Shown here one piece after another: positions 7,079 through 14,128 of a stretch of 34,395 bases of DNA (position 1 is the stretch's first letter; the number at the start of each line of letters is the position of its first letter). The notes under the pieces were generated by a model, which had not been told where the DNA came from, did not search any database, and saw nothing but the letters and a program-made list of their open reading frames with translations. Origin of the DNA: a virus (lineage: Duplodnaviria; Caudoviricetes). The stretch is taken from positions 1-34,395 of the IMG/VR virus record IMGVR_UViG_3300047560_000265. One strand, given 5' to 3'. The position numbers and the translations under genes are program-made.

Positions 7079-7175
7079 TGTTTTGAAACACGGCTAGGTT
7101 GGGCCTGATCTCCCAACCGAAAAGGGCACTCCCCCCCTGCCGCTTGTTTCTCTCAGGGAGTTTGCGGAGAGCTTA
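7074..7175 (+). ncRNA. Promoter plus cloverleaf-like leader/antisense RNA upstream of the initiator
   Basis: TATAAT 7074-7079; closing stem GAAACA-CGGC/GCCG-CT-TGTTTC; hairpin GGTTGGG/CCCAACC; C-rich second loop. Confidence 0.65.
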
Positions 7176-7943
7176 ATGCACTACTACAAGAGAAATCTTG
7201 GCGATTACGCCAAAAAAGCTGGTCGCTTGACTATGCTTCAGCACGGAGCGTATACGCTTCTTATTGATTCGTGTTATGACCGTGAAGTTTTTCCAACACT
7301 AGAACAAGCGCTTGAATGGACTTGGGCATCGACTGAGGCAGAAATTGAAGCTGTCAAATTCGTACTTAGTCGGTTCTTTACGCTTGATAAAGATGGTCAA
7401 TATGTTCAAGAAAGAATCCTTGAGGAACTGTTGCACTATCACAAGAACGCTGACATAAACAAACGAATCGCTGACGAAAGAGAAGCGAAGCGTAGAGAAA
7501 AACGCACGAACCGTGAACAATCTGTTAACGAAGCTACACCTAACCATAAACCAATAACCATTAACCAAGAACCAATTATTAAAGAAGGTAAACCTTCTTT
7601 GTCGGGAAGTGCCTTCCCGCCTTGTCCACATCAAGAAATTTTAAGATTGTGGAAACAGCATTTGCCACACCTAACACAGCCGAGGGTATGGGAAGGAACA
7701 AGGGCAAGCCACCTAAAGCAAAGATGGATTCAAGCTGCCAAACCATCGGACTATTCTCCTGATGGTTACCAAACTCAGGATGATGGCATCAGGTGGTGGG
7801 ATTCATTTTTTGGTTATATCGCTAGAGATACCAAACTTGCGTCAGGGTTTGAATCTAATGGTCGCACTTGGAGACCTGATCTTGAATGGGTAGTTAACGC
7901 AACAAATTTTCAAAAAATAATTGATGGAAAGTACGACAAATGA
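7176..7943 (+). CDS. Replication initiator (DUF1376/YdaU-like N-terminus, lambda O-type layout)
   Basis: MHYYKRNLGDY..HGAYTLLIDSCY; central repeats; C-terminal WRPDLEWVV..NFQKIIDGKY. Confidence 0.85.
   Translation: MHYYKRNLGDYAKKAGRLTMLQHGAYTLLIDSCYDREVFPTLEQALEWTWASTEAEIEAVKFVLSRFFTLDKDGQYVQERILEELLHYHKNADINKRIADEREAKRREKRTNREQSVNEATPNHKPITINQEPIIKEGKPSLSGSAFPPCPHQEILRLWKQHLPHLTQPRVWEGTRASHLKQRWIQAAKPSDYSPDGYQTQDDGIRWWDSFFGYIARDTKLASGFESNGRTWRPDLEWVVNATNFQKIIDGKYDK
7460..7576 (+). repeat. Putative replication origin repeats within the initiator gene
   Basis: Several ACGAA units, then five AACCA cores at 7-bp period (7542, 7549, 7556, 7563, 7570). Confidence 0.6.
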
Positions 7944-8143
7944 CATTTGCTAAAGCCAATAAAACAGAAAAGTTTGATGATGAATATTCCAGATTGCTGT
8001 GTAGTGTGCCTGGTTGCGGTAAACGATGGTCTGTCAAGATTGACAAACCTATGTGCAGCTTTCACCAATGGGGTAAGTCTGAACTTCAAGCGCCAAAAAC
8101 ACCGCCTCAAAAACCATATACAGAGGTTGAAGATGTATTTTGA
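7940..8143 (+). CDS. Small zinc-finger-like protein
   Basis: CSVPGC...CSFH; ATGA-coupled. Confidence 0.65.
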   Translation: MTFAKANKTEKFDDEYSRLLCSVPGCGKRWSVKIDKPMCSFHQWGKSELQAPKTPPQKPYTEVEDVF

Positions 8144-8364
8144 TTGGCCCACAAAAGAACATGACTCCAGAAGAATTAGAACACTTCAAGAATTGCGAGA
8201 GCCGAGAATGGCTGAACCGCTACGCACAGAAGAAATCGACTCTAGGCTCAAGAAAAGCGCTTGCATGGTGGATGGGCGTATTAGAGGACTTGCGGAGAAT
8301 CAGAGGCGAGTCCGCTACTTTGGATTTGAGACAACGCATGAACAAACTGAAGGATAAAAAATGA
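8140..8364 (+). CDS. Hypothetical protein (start may be ATG 8161)
   Basis: EHFKNCESREWL..RRIRG; coupled to next gene. Confidence 0.65.
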   Translation: MIGPQKNMTPEELEHFKNCESREWLNRYAQKKSTLGSRKALAWWMGVLEDLRRIRGESATLDLRQRMNKLKDKK

Positions 8365-8687
8365 CAATTGAACATAGAAGTTATGGGAAGATTATTAAAG
8401 AAGAAACATCTGGTCAATATTTCAATAGAAAAAACAAAAGACCAAACAAACCTTTGAGAACTATTAAAGAAATGGCGGAAGAATTTGATGTTTCTCCACA
8501 AGTTTTAATTGCAAAAATTAAAAACAGCAACGGGCCAGAATATAGATACAGAACTGGAGGAGGTGGGAGAGTTATGAAAACATGGTATGACCCTGACTCT
8601 TTGCGTAAATGGTGGAATGAGTTAAAAAAAAGAACTTGTGACGAACTCGGAGTCTGCCAAAAAATAAACTGTGAGGATTGTCAATGA
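8361..8687 (+). CDS. Putative HTH DNA-binding protein with Cys-rich tail
   Basis: TIKEMAEEFDVSPQVL..WYDPDSLRKWW resembles a MerR/excisionase-type HTH; AT-rich. Confidence 0.6.
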   Translation: MTIEHRSYGKIIKEETSGQYFNRKNKRPNKPLRTIKEMAEEFDVSPQVLIAKIKNSNGPEYRYRTGGGGRVMKTWYDPDSLRKWWNELKKRTCDELGVCQKINCEDCQ

Positions 8688-8950
8688 GATACGCCGCTAG
8701 GGTAGACGCAAACCAAATGCAGATTGTTTCTGCTTTGAGGGCGGCTGGCGCTTATGTGTGGATTATTGGGTTACCTGTGGATTTGTTGGTTGGATACAAC
8801 AACAAGACTTTTTTAGTTGAGGTTAAGACAGATTCAAAGAAAAAACTGACAAAATTACAGACAGAGTTTTTTGAGAAGTGGTGCGGTGGAACTCTCTGCC
8901 GCATTGATGGCCCTGAAGCAGCTTTACGAATGATTGGAGTGGTCAAGTGA
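8684..8950 (+). CDS. VRR-NUC-type nuclease
   Basis: RVDANQ..PVDLLVG..LVEVK..LTKLQ PD-(D/E)xK signature. Confidence 0.85.
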   Translation: MRYAARVDANQMQIVSALRAAGAYVWIIGLPVDLLVGYNNKTFLVEVKTDSKKKLTKLQTEFFEKWCGGTLCRIDGPEAALRMIGVVK

Positions 8951-9357
8951 GATACGAATTAAGAACACCAGAACAAGCAACATCTCTGATGCAATCTCTT
9001 TGGCCTAAAGTCAAAGAAGCTATCAAAGGCGGTAAACAGCTATCGCTTGAGATTAAAGAGATAAGCAAAACAAGAGAGCAAGAGCGCCTCTACCATGCAA
9101 TGATTGGTGACATTGCAAAGCAAGCACAACACATGGGTGCTAAGTGGGATGCAGAGACTTGGAAGCGACTCTTAGTTGATAAATATGTTCGTGAAATTGG
9201 TTTGCATAGTCAAATCATGGCAAACCTAGATGGCAACGGATTAGTTCAACTTGGCTTTCAAACCCGCAACTTCACAAAAGAACAAGCAAGCGAGTTTGTT
9301 GAATGGCTGTATTCTTGGGGTGCAAATAACGGAATCACTTTTGAGGAAAAATTATGA
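8947..9357 (+). CDS. ninB: NinB-like protein
   Basis: TREQERLYHAMIGDIAKQ, WDAETWKRL, TRNFTKEQASEFVEWLYSWGA. Confidence 0.85.
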   Translation: MRYELRTPEQATSLMQSLWPKVKEAIKGGKQLSLEIKEISKTREQERLYHAMIGDIAKQAQHMGAKWDAETWKRLLVDKYVREIGLHSQIMANLDGNGLVQLGFQTRNFTKEQASEFVEWLYSWGANNGITFEEKL

Positions 9358-9644
9358 CGGATAAAGAACTTTTAGAACTGGCTTACAAAGCATTTATGAA
9401 TGGTGCAATTCTTTCGCATGACAAAGATATGTCTAAGCGTTGGAACCCACTAACAGACGATGGTGATGCGCTGCGTTTGGCTGTGAAGTTGGAACAATGC
9501 GTGACGGTTGAGGGTCATGGGAGAACCGTAGCAATTTCTGTAACTGGTTTTGAGTGTGAAGAAATCAACCGAGATGACCCCTACGCAGCAACCCGTCGAG
9601 CAATTGTTAGAGCAGCAGCAGAAATTGGAAAGGGAATGAAATGA
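9354..9644 (+). CDS. Conserved phage hypothetical protein
   Basis: WNPLTDDGDALRLAVKL and DPYAATRRAIVRAAAEIG motifs. Confidence 0.8.
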   Translation: MTDKELLELAYKAFMNGAILSHDKDMSKRWNPLTDDGDALRLAVKLEQCVTVEGHGRTVAISVTGFECEEINRDDPYAATRRAIVRAAAEIGKGMK

Positions 9645-9748
9645 ACGACATTTTGATTTTTATTTGTGGCGCTTTGTTTCCGTTGTATCTGAAGATTATG
9701 GTTTCCGCTTGTGATGCTGTGATTGCCTACATTGAGAAACAAAAGTGA
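9641..9748 (+). CDS. 35-aa hydrophobic peptide (not in ORF track)
   Basis: MNDILIFICGALFPLYLKIMVSACDAVIAYIEKQK; fills the gap with start/stop overlaps on both sides. Confidence 0.6.
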   Translation: MNDILIFICGALFPLYLKIMVSACDAVIAYIEKQK

Positions 9749-10155
9749 AGTTTGTCACGAAAGTAAATCGCAATACTGGCATGAATCCGATTGCAAGAGC
9801 GATTGCCAAGCAGAAACTCAAAGAATCAATAACAAGCCACAGAATCTCAATATTTCTTTTAGACGATGGTGAAGATGCCTCAAGCGAGATGGTCGCTACT
9901 TCACTTCCCGTCTATGCAATGATGACTTGTTTAGAAGAACTCAAGCAGACAGACTCAGTTGAATATAGAAAGCTAAAAAGTGCAGGACACATTCTTTTAC
10001 GATGCTCAGAATCAGGATTCAAGTGGCAACGAGAGTACACAATCACAATCGACAACGCCCTCGAAATCTGCCAAGAACAATGGACAAAAATCCCACCCCA
10101 AACCCTCAACAGGGCGATTAATGCCCTCACTTCAGCTCCTGTTAAGCAGAACTGA
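9745..10155 (+). CDS. Hypothetical helical protein
   Basis: 136-aa ORF with GTGA coupling. Confidence 0.7.
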   Translation: MKFVTKVNRNTGMNPIARAIAKQKLKESITSHRISIFLLDDGEDASSEMVATSLPVYAMMTCLEELKQTDSVEYRKLKSAGHILLRCSESGFKWQREYTITIDNALEICQEQWTKIPPQTLNRAINALTSAPVKQN

Positions 10156-10600
10156 AGAAGATGGAGACTGCCTGATTTGGAAATCCACCCTGAACCACAA
10201 CGGCTATCCGACCATTCGGTTTTCGCAAAAGACTTGGAATGTCAGAACAGTTATCGGGATTCACTACGGAAAGTCAAAGCGCAAAGGGGATGTTTACACA
10301 ACAATCTGTAAAAACAAACTCTGCTTGGCTGAAGGACACATGAGGGCGGTGAGCCGAAAGGTCTTAGCCGAGAAAATGGACAAGTCTTATGCCTCGAATC
10401 CTGTGAGGGCGGCAAAGATTTCAGAAAGCAGCCGTAAACGGGGCAAATTGAGCGTAGAGAAGGCTAATTTAATTCGGTTAAGCCCTGACACCCAGAAAGC
10501 ACTTGCAGAGCGCTATGGGGTCTCTAAACGGGTCGTGTGGGAGATAAAGCGTGGAATTAGGTGGAAAGACTACAAATCTAACTTTTGGGGTGGTTTATGA
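10121..10600 (+). CDS. Degenerate HNH/His-Me-finger protein with C-terminal HTH
   Basis: DGDCLIW..NGYP, C-x-N-x-x-C..H, QKALAERYGVSKRVVWEIKRG..W; ATG 10121. Confidence 0.7.
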   Translation: MPSLQLLLSRTEEDGDCLIWKSTLNHNGYPTIRFSQKTWNVRTVIGIHYGKSKRKGDVYTTICKNKLCLAEGHMRAVSRKVLAEKMDKSYASNPVRAAKISESSRKRGKLSVEKANLIRLSPDTQKALAERYGVSKRVVWEIKRGIRWKDYKSNFWGGL

Positions 10601-10824
10601 CGCAAGACGAAATCATTGAGATGGCTAAAGAGGCTGGATGGAACGGCGCCGAAGCGCGATCAGCATTTGACGCACTTAAGGTATTTGCGGAAATCCTTGC
10701 TGCGCGCTTAGTTCCTAAAGAGCGTGCGGAGTGTGCTTACCGAGCAGACATTGCTTTGCTTGGCGCTGATCGAGGGCTTGCCAATCGAGTGAATCAAGCA
10801 ATCCGAACAAGAGGTGAAGCATGA
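10597..10824 (+). CDS. MTQDEIIEMA-family small protein, copy 1
   Basis: Same N-terminus as next gene; ATGA-coupled at both ends. Confidence 0.75.
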   Translation: MTQDEIIEMAKEAGWNGAEARSAFDALKVFAEILAARLVPKERAECAYRADIALLGADRGLANRVNQAIRTRGEA

Positions 10825-11030
10825 CCCAAGATGAAATCATTGAGATGGCTAGACAGGCTGGATGTGGGCATGAGGCACTTGACTTGCGTTGGGTTTGCCC
10901 CGAAAACCTTGAAGCCTTTGCCAAGCTGGTGGCAGAAAAAGAAAGAGAGCGCATTTCTCAGAAAATCGCACAACTCCCATTCGGTGATACGGCTCAATCT
11001 TTTTCTATCTGGGTAAAAAATGATACCTAA
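10821..11030 (+). CDS. MTQDEIIEMA-family small protein, copy 2
   Basis: MTQDEIIEMARQAG..LEAFAKLVAEKERE; GAGGTG SD. Confidence 0.75.
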   Translation: MTQDEIIEMARQAGCGHEALDLRWVCPENLEAFAKLVAEKERERISQKIAQLPFGDTAQSFSIWVKNDT

Positions 11031-11331
11031 GTTCAAATATTTCCGTTCAAAGAAGCATTTGAAGAATGTTGCGTCTTTGGCCTGTCAGCATTGCGGACTA
11101 GAAGGCTCAACCCAAGCGGCTCACTCTAATCGTCTGATACATGGTAAAGGCCGAGGCGTGAAGGCAAGCGATGAGTACACAGCGGCTTTGTGTATCCGAT
11201 GCCACTTTATCCTTGACCAAGGCTCAAAACTCACAAAAGAGGAACGGATAGATATGTGGGAAAAAGCCCACAGAAAGACGATTGAGAGATTGATAGAGCT
11301 TGATTTGTGGCCTGATGAGGTTAAAATTTAA
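11020..11331 (+). CDS. Zn-binding HNH-like nin-region protein (DUF968/Ref-like)
   Basis: CQHCG..QAAHSN..GKGRGVKASD..LCIRCH. Confidence 0.78.
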   Translation: MIPKFKYFRSKKHLKNVASLACQHCGLEGSTQAAHSNRLIHGKGRGVKASDEYTAALCIRCHFILDQGSKLTKEERIDMWEKAHRKTIERLIELDLWPDEVKI

Positions 11332-11334
11332 CCA

Positions 11335-11429
11335 CCAAGACGCATGGGGATTGGCGTACACGACTGCAGCGTGGCCCATAAAGAGAAACCAGTCCTCATC
11401 CGTGTTGGGAATCTGAGCAGTTGCCAACA
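11335..11429 (+). ncRNA. Structured intergenic RNA at the early/late boundary
   Basis: TTGATT-16-TAAAAT promoter (11300-11327); 20-bp stem 11335-11354/11389-11408; alternative pairing 11402-11408/11424-11430. Confidence 0.6.
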
Positions 11430-11432
11430 TTT

Positions 11433-11460
11433 AGGCGGTTTACGGACTGCCTCTTTTTTT
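11433..11460 (+). terminator. Intrinsic terminator
   Basis: AGGCGGT-loop-ACTGCCT followed by CTTTTTTT. Confidence 0.8.
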
Positions 11461-11467
11461 GTAGAAT
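11439..11467 (+). promoter_or_regulatory. Possible sigma70 promoter overlapping the terminator
   Basis: TTTACG-17-TAGAAT, 25 nt upstream of ATG 11492. Confidence 0.45.
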
Positions 11468-11491
11468 GGGCTAAAACCCTGAAAGGCTTAT

Positions 11492-11914
11492 ATGAGTGGA
11501 CTTTTAGCGCCTGCTGCCGAAATTAAAATTGAGATTGAAGAAATCGAGGCAGAAAAGCCCGTTATCGAAGGTCTGACTACCGAATCAAACAAGAAAACCC
11601 GTGACACATTGGTTGAGACACAGATGCTCGGCCCTGTCAAGGTTGACGCTCCAAACTCAGAGTTCTGGCGTGGTTTGGCGAATGTATGGCGCATTTCCCC
11701 TGACCAAGCCAAGCGCCGCCTGTGCGCTAACTGCGAGTATTTCGATGACCAACCCGAGACTTTAGAGGCGATGGAAGTCGTGCCTCAAGACGAGTTTGAC
11801 GCTGATGGTGGTGGTCGTGGTTACTGCCATAAGCTGGAATTTATTTGTCACTCCCTTCGTGTGTGCCGCCGTTGGGAAAAAGCCCCTGTAATGTCAGAGG
11901 CCGAGGAAGATTAA
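11492..11914 (+). CDS. Acidic Cys-motif protein (HiPIP-like Cys spacing)
   Basis: CANCEYF...GYCHKLEFICHSLRVCRRW. Confidence 0.75.
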   Translation: MSGLLAPAAEIKIEIEEIEAEKPVIEGLTTESNKKTRDTLVETQMLGPVKVDAPNSEFWRGLANVWRISPDQAKRRLCANCEYFDDQPETLEAMEVVPQDEFDADGGGRGYCHKLEFICHSLRVCRRWEKAPVMSEAEED

Positions 11915-11918
11915 AAGC

Positions 11919-11981
11919 GAAACGCCCTAAAGACTGCGAATCTTAGGGCGCTTCTAACATCACAACTGAGAAGGAGTTGGT
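11919..11981 (+). promoter_or_regulatory. Double-hairpin leader of the HNH gene, SD sequestered
   Basis: CGCCCTAA/TTAGGGCG stem, then CAACT/AGTTG stem around AAGGAG. Confidence 0.65.
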
Positions 11982-12479
11982 ATGTCTAGCATAGATTCTA
12001 AACTGAGCTTAGAGCGTTTGCGTCAAGTCCTACGCTATGAGCCTGAAACTGGTAATTTTTACTGGATTCATAGAGACACAATCAAGAAAAAACTTGGAAC
12101 AAATGCGTCTATCATCAGGTCGCATGGTTATCTAAATATCTGCATAGATAGCATTTATTACTACACTCATAGGCTTGCATGGTTCTATGTCCATGGTGAG
12201 TGGCCTAAAGTCATAGACCATATTGATGGCGATAAGACTAATAATAGGATTGAAAACCTAAGAAGCGTCAGCCAAAAATGCAATGTTGAAAATGTTTTGA
12301 AAACAAGAAAACACAACAAAAGTGGAATTCTTGGAGCTGTAAAATCAAAATATGGGTTTTACGCAAGGTTGACAAGCCAAGGAAAACAAATCTATCTTGG
12401 ACATTACAAAACCGCTGAAGAAGCGCATAATGTATACTTGAAAGCAAAGCGTCAACTACACGAAGGGTGTACGATATGA
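11982..12479 (+). CDS. HNH homing endonuclease with AP2-like C-terminus
   Basis: YEPETGNFYW, HRLAWFYVHGEWP, IDHIDGDKTNNRIENLR. Confidence 0.92.
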   Translation: MSSIDSKLSLERLRQVLRYEPETGNFYWIHRDTIKKKLGTNASIIRSHGYLNICIDSIYYYTHRLAWFYVHGEWPKVIDHIDGDKTNNRIENLRSVSQKCNVENVLKTRKHNKSGILGAVKSKYGFYARLTSQGKQIYLGHYKTAEEAHNVYLKAKRQLHEGCTI

Positions 12480-12640
12480 AGATGACTAAAGCTGGAGCCA
12501 AGAAAGTTGGCAAAGTAATGGGCGAATATAAAGCTGGCACTTTGCACTCTGGTAAGGGTGGCCCTGTGGTCAAGAATCCCAAGCAGGGAATTGCTATCGC
12601 TTTGAGCGAAGCTAAGAAGGTAATGAAAAAGAAAAAGTGA
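12476..12640 (+). CDS. 54-aa basic protein, DUF6496-like (not in ORF track)
   Basis: KKVGKVMGEYKAGTLHSGKGGPVVKNPKQGIAIALSEA; overlapping start/stop at both ends. Confidence 0.8.
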   Translation: MKMTKAGAKKVGKVMGEYKAGTLHSGKGGPVVKNPKQGIAIALSEAKKVMKKKK

Positions 12641-13260
12641 TTCCTAAAAAACTTCACTTTGTCTGGATTGGTGACGAAACCAAGCGCCCAGACCATTGCA
12701 TAAACACTTGGAAAACCCTTAATCCTGACTACGAGGTCAAGATTTGGGGGAACGATGCCCTTAGAGGGAATAAGTGGTTCAATGCCAAACACATTCAGGA
12801 AAGCCGAGAACTCTGCGGAGTGGCTGACTTGATGCGGTACGAAATCCTTTATAACGAAGGTGGAATCACGCTAGACGCTGATTCTGTCTGCCTTTCTCCT
12901 TTAGAAGATTGGTTACTAAAGCCTGATGCTTTTGCCCATTGGGAGCAGGAAACCCGTAGGCCTGGCCTAATAAATGTCAGCGTAATGGGGTCTGTTCCTG
13001 AAAATCCGTTCTTTGGCGAGTGTATTGAGCGCCTCAGAAAGAAAGAAACCCTAAAAGATAGGGCATGGATTGAGACAGGGCCGATGCACATAACTGAGGT
13101 CTATCACGAGACCGAATATCCCCTGACAATCTACCCTTCCCACTATTTCACCAGAGACCATTTTTCTGGTTACAGATATGAGGGAAATGGGCATTGTTTC
13201 GCTACCCAATTTTGGGGTTCAACTAGAGGTTATGAAAGGCAAGAGGAATGGAAGATTTAA
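12637..13260 (+). CDS. Glycosyltransferase, DXD sugar-binding (GT32/Och1-like)
   Basis: MIPKKLHFVWIG, ADLMRYEILYNEGGITLDAD, TGP motifs. Confidence 0.92.
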   Translation: MIPKKLHFVWIGDETKRPDHCINTWKTLNPDYEVKIWGNDALRGNKWFNAKHIQESRELCGVADLMRYEILYNEGGITLDADSVCLSPLEDWLLKPDAFAHWEQETRRPGLINVSVMGSVPENPFFGECIERLRKKETLKDRAWIETGPMHITEVYHETEYPLTIYPSHYFTRDHFSGYRYEGNGHCFATQFWGSTRGYERQEEWKI

Positions 13261-13880
13261 TTGAAAATCGTGATGGCTGGTGGTGGCCCAAGTCTGATGT
13301 AGAGGCTTGGAAGTGGATTCCTGTCGAGATGCAAGCTATCCCTGATTTGGTTAAATGGGTTCCGCACCGAGGTCTGGTGATTCACGCTGGTGGAAACTGC
13401 GGGGTTTGGTCAAAGATTTACGCCGAGCTTTTCGACAAGGTGGTGACTTTTGAGCCTGACGATGTTAACTTTGAGTGCTTTAAGCGAAATGTCAGCAACG
13501 AGAATGTAGAGATTTACAAAGCTGGACTCTCAGACAAAGAGGGTTTTTGCAAGATGGTTGAGGGAGATGGCGAGGCTAACGCTGGTGCGCTCCAGATTGA
13601 GGAAACCCAAGAGGGTATCCCGATGATGACCATTGACAGCCTGAATCTCAGCCCTGACCTCATTCAATTGGATGTGGAAGGCTTTGAGGAAAACGCACTC
13701 AGAGGGGCAAGAAATACGATTATGCGTAGCCGCCCGATTATCATTATTGAGCAGAAGAAACTAGCCAAAAATGGCATGAATGACGCTGAAATCGCTATAA
13801 TGATTCAACGAATGGGCTACTTTTTCGCTGAGAGAGTGTGGTCTGATAATGTCTTTATCCCTGTTGAGAAACTAGCATGA
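13248..13880 (+). CDS. FkbM-family SAM methyltransferase
   Basis: HAGGNCG, TFEP, LIQLDVEGFE..ALRGA..RPIIIIE. Confidence 0.9.
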   Translation: MEDLIENRDGWWWPKSDVEAWKWIPVEMQAIPDLVKWVPHRGLVIHAGGNCGVWSKIYAELFDKVVTFEPDDVNFECFKRNVSNENVEIYKAGLSDKEGFCKMVEGDGEANAGALQIEETQEGIPMMTIDSLNLSPDLIQLDVEGFEENALRGARNTIMRSRPIIIIEQKKLAKNGMNDAEIAIMIQRMGYFFAERVWSDNVFIPVEKLA

Positions 13881-14125
13881 AGCGAGGAAACGAATCATTC
13901 TCTGGTTACAACAAACCCAAGAGAACACCTAACCACCCAACCAAGAGTCATGCGGTTCTTGCGAAAAGTGGTGACGAGGTGAAACTGATTCGTTTTGGTC
14001 AACAGGGTGTTAAAGGCAGTCCAGATGGCTCAAAGAGAAACGAAGCGTTTAAGGCTCGTCATGCCGAGAACATCGCCAAAGGCAAGATGAGTGCTGCTTA
14101 TTGGGCGAACAAAGTCAAATGGTGA
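13877..14125 (+). CDS. Small basic conserved phage protein
   Basis: KLIRFGQQG..FKARH..SAAYWANKVKW. Confidence 0.8.
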   Translation: MKRGNESFSGYNKPKRTPNHPTKSHAVLAKSGDEVKLIRFGQQGVKGSPDGSKRNEAFKARHAENIAKGKMSAAYWANKVKW

Positions 14126-14128
14126 TTT

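Noticed and set aside
6180-7150. tRNA genes at the two cloverleaf-like elements
   Set aside because: No T-loop GTTC, D-loop or 7-nt anticodon arm geometry
7947-8357. 136-aa alternative-frame ORF
   Set aside because: Overlaps two coupled ORFs (7940, 8140) that have better motifs
8361-8687. Excisionase implying lysogeny
   Set aside because: HTH similarity is generic and no integrase or att site was found
11344-11526. 60-aa ORF across the early/late gap
   Set aside because: Runs through a long stem and a terminator and has no SD; an RNA explanation fits better
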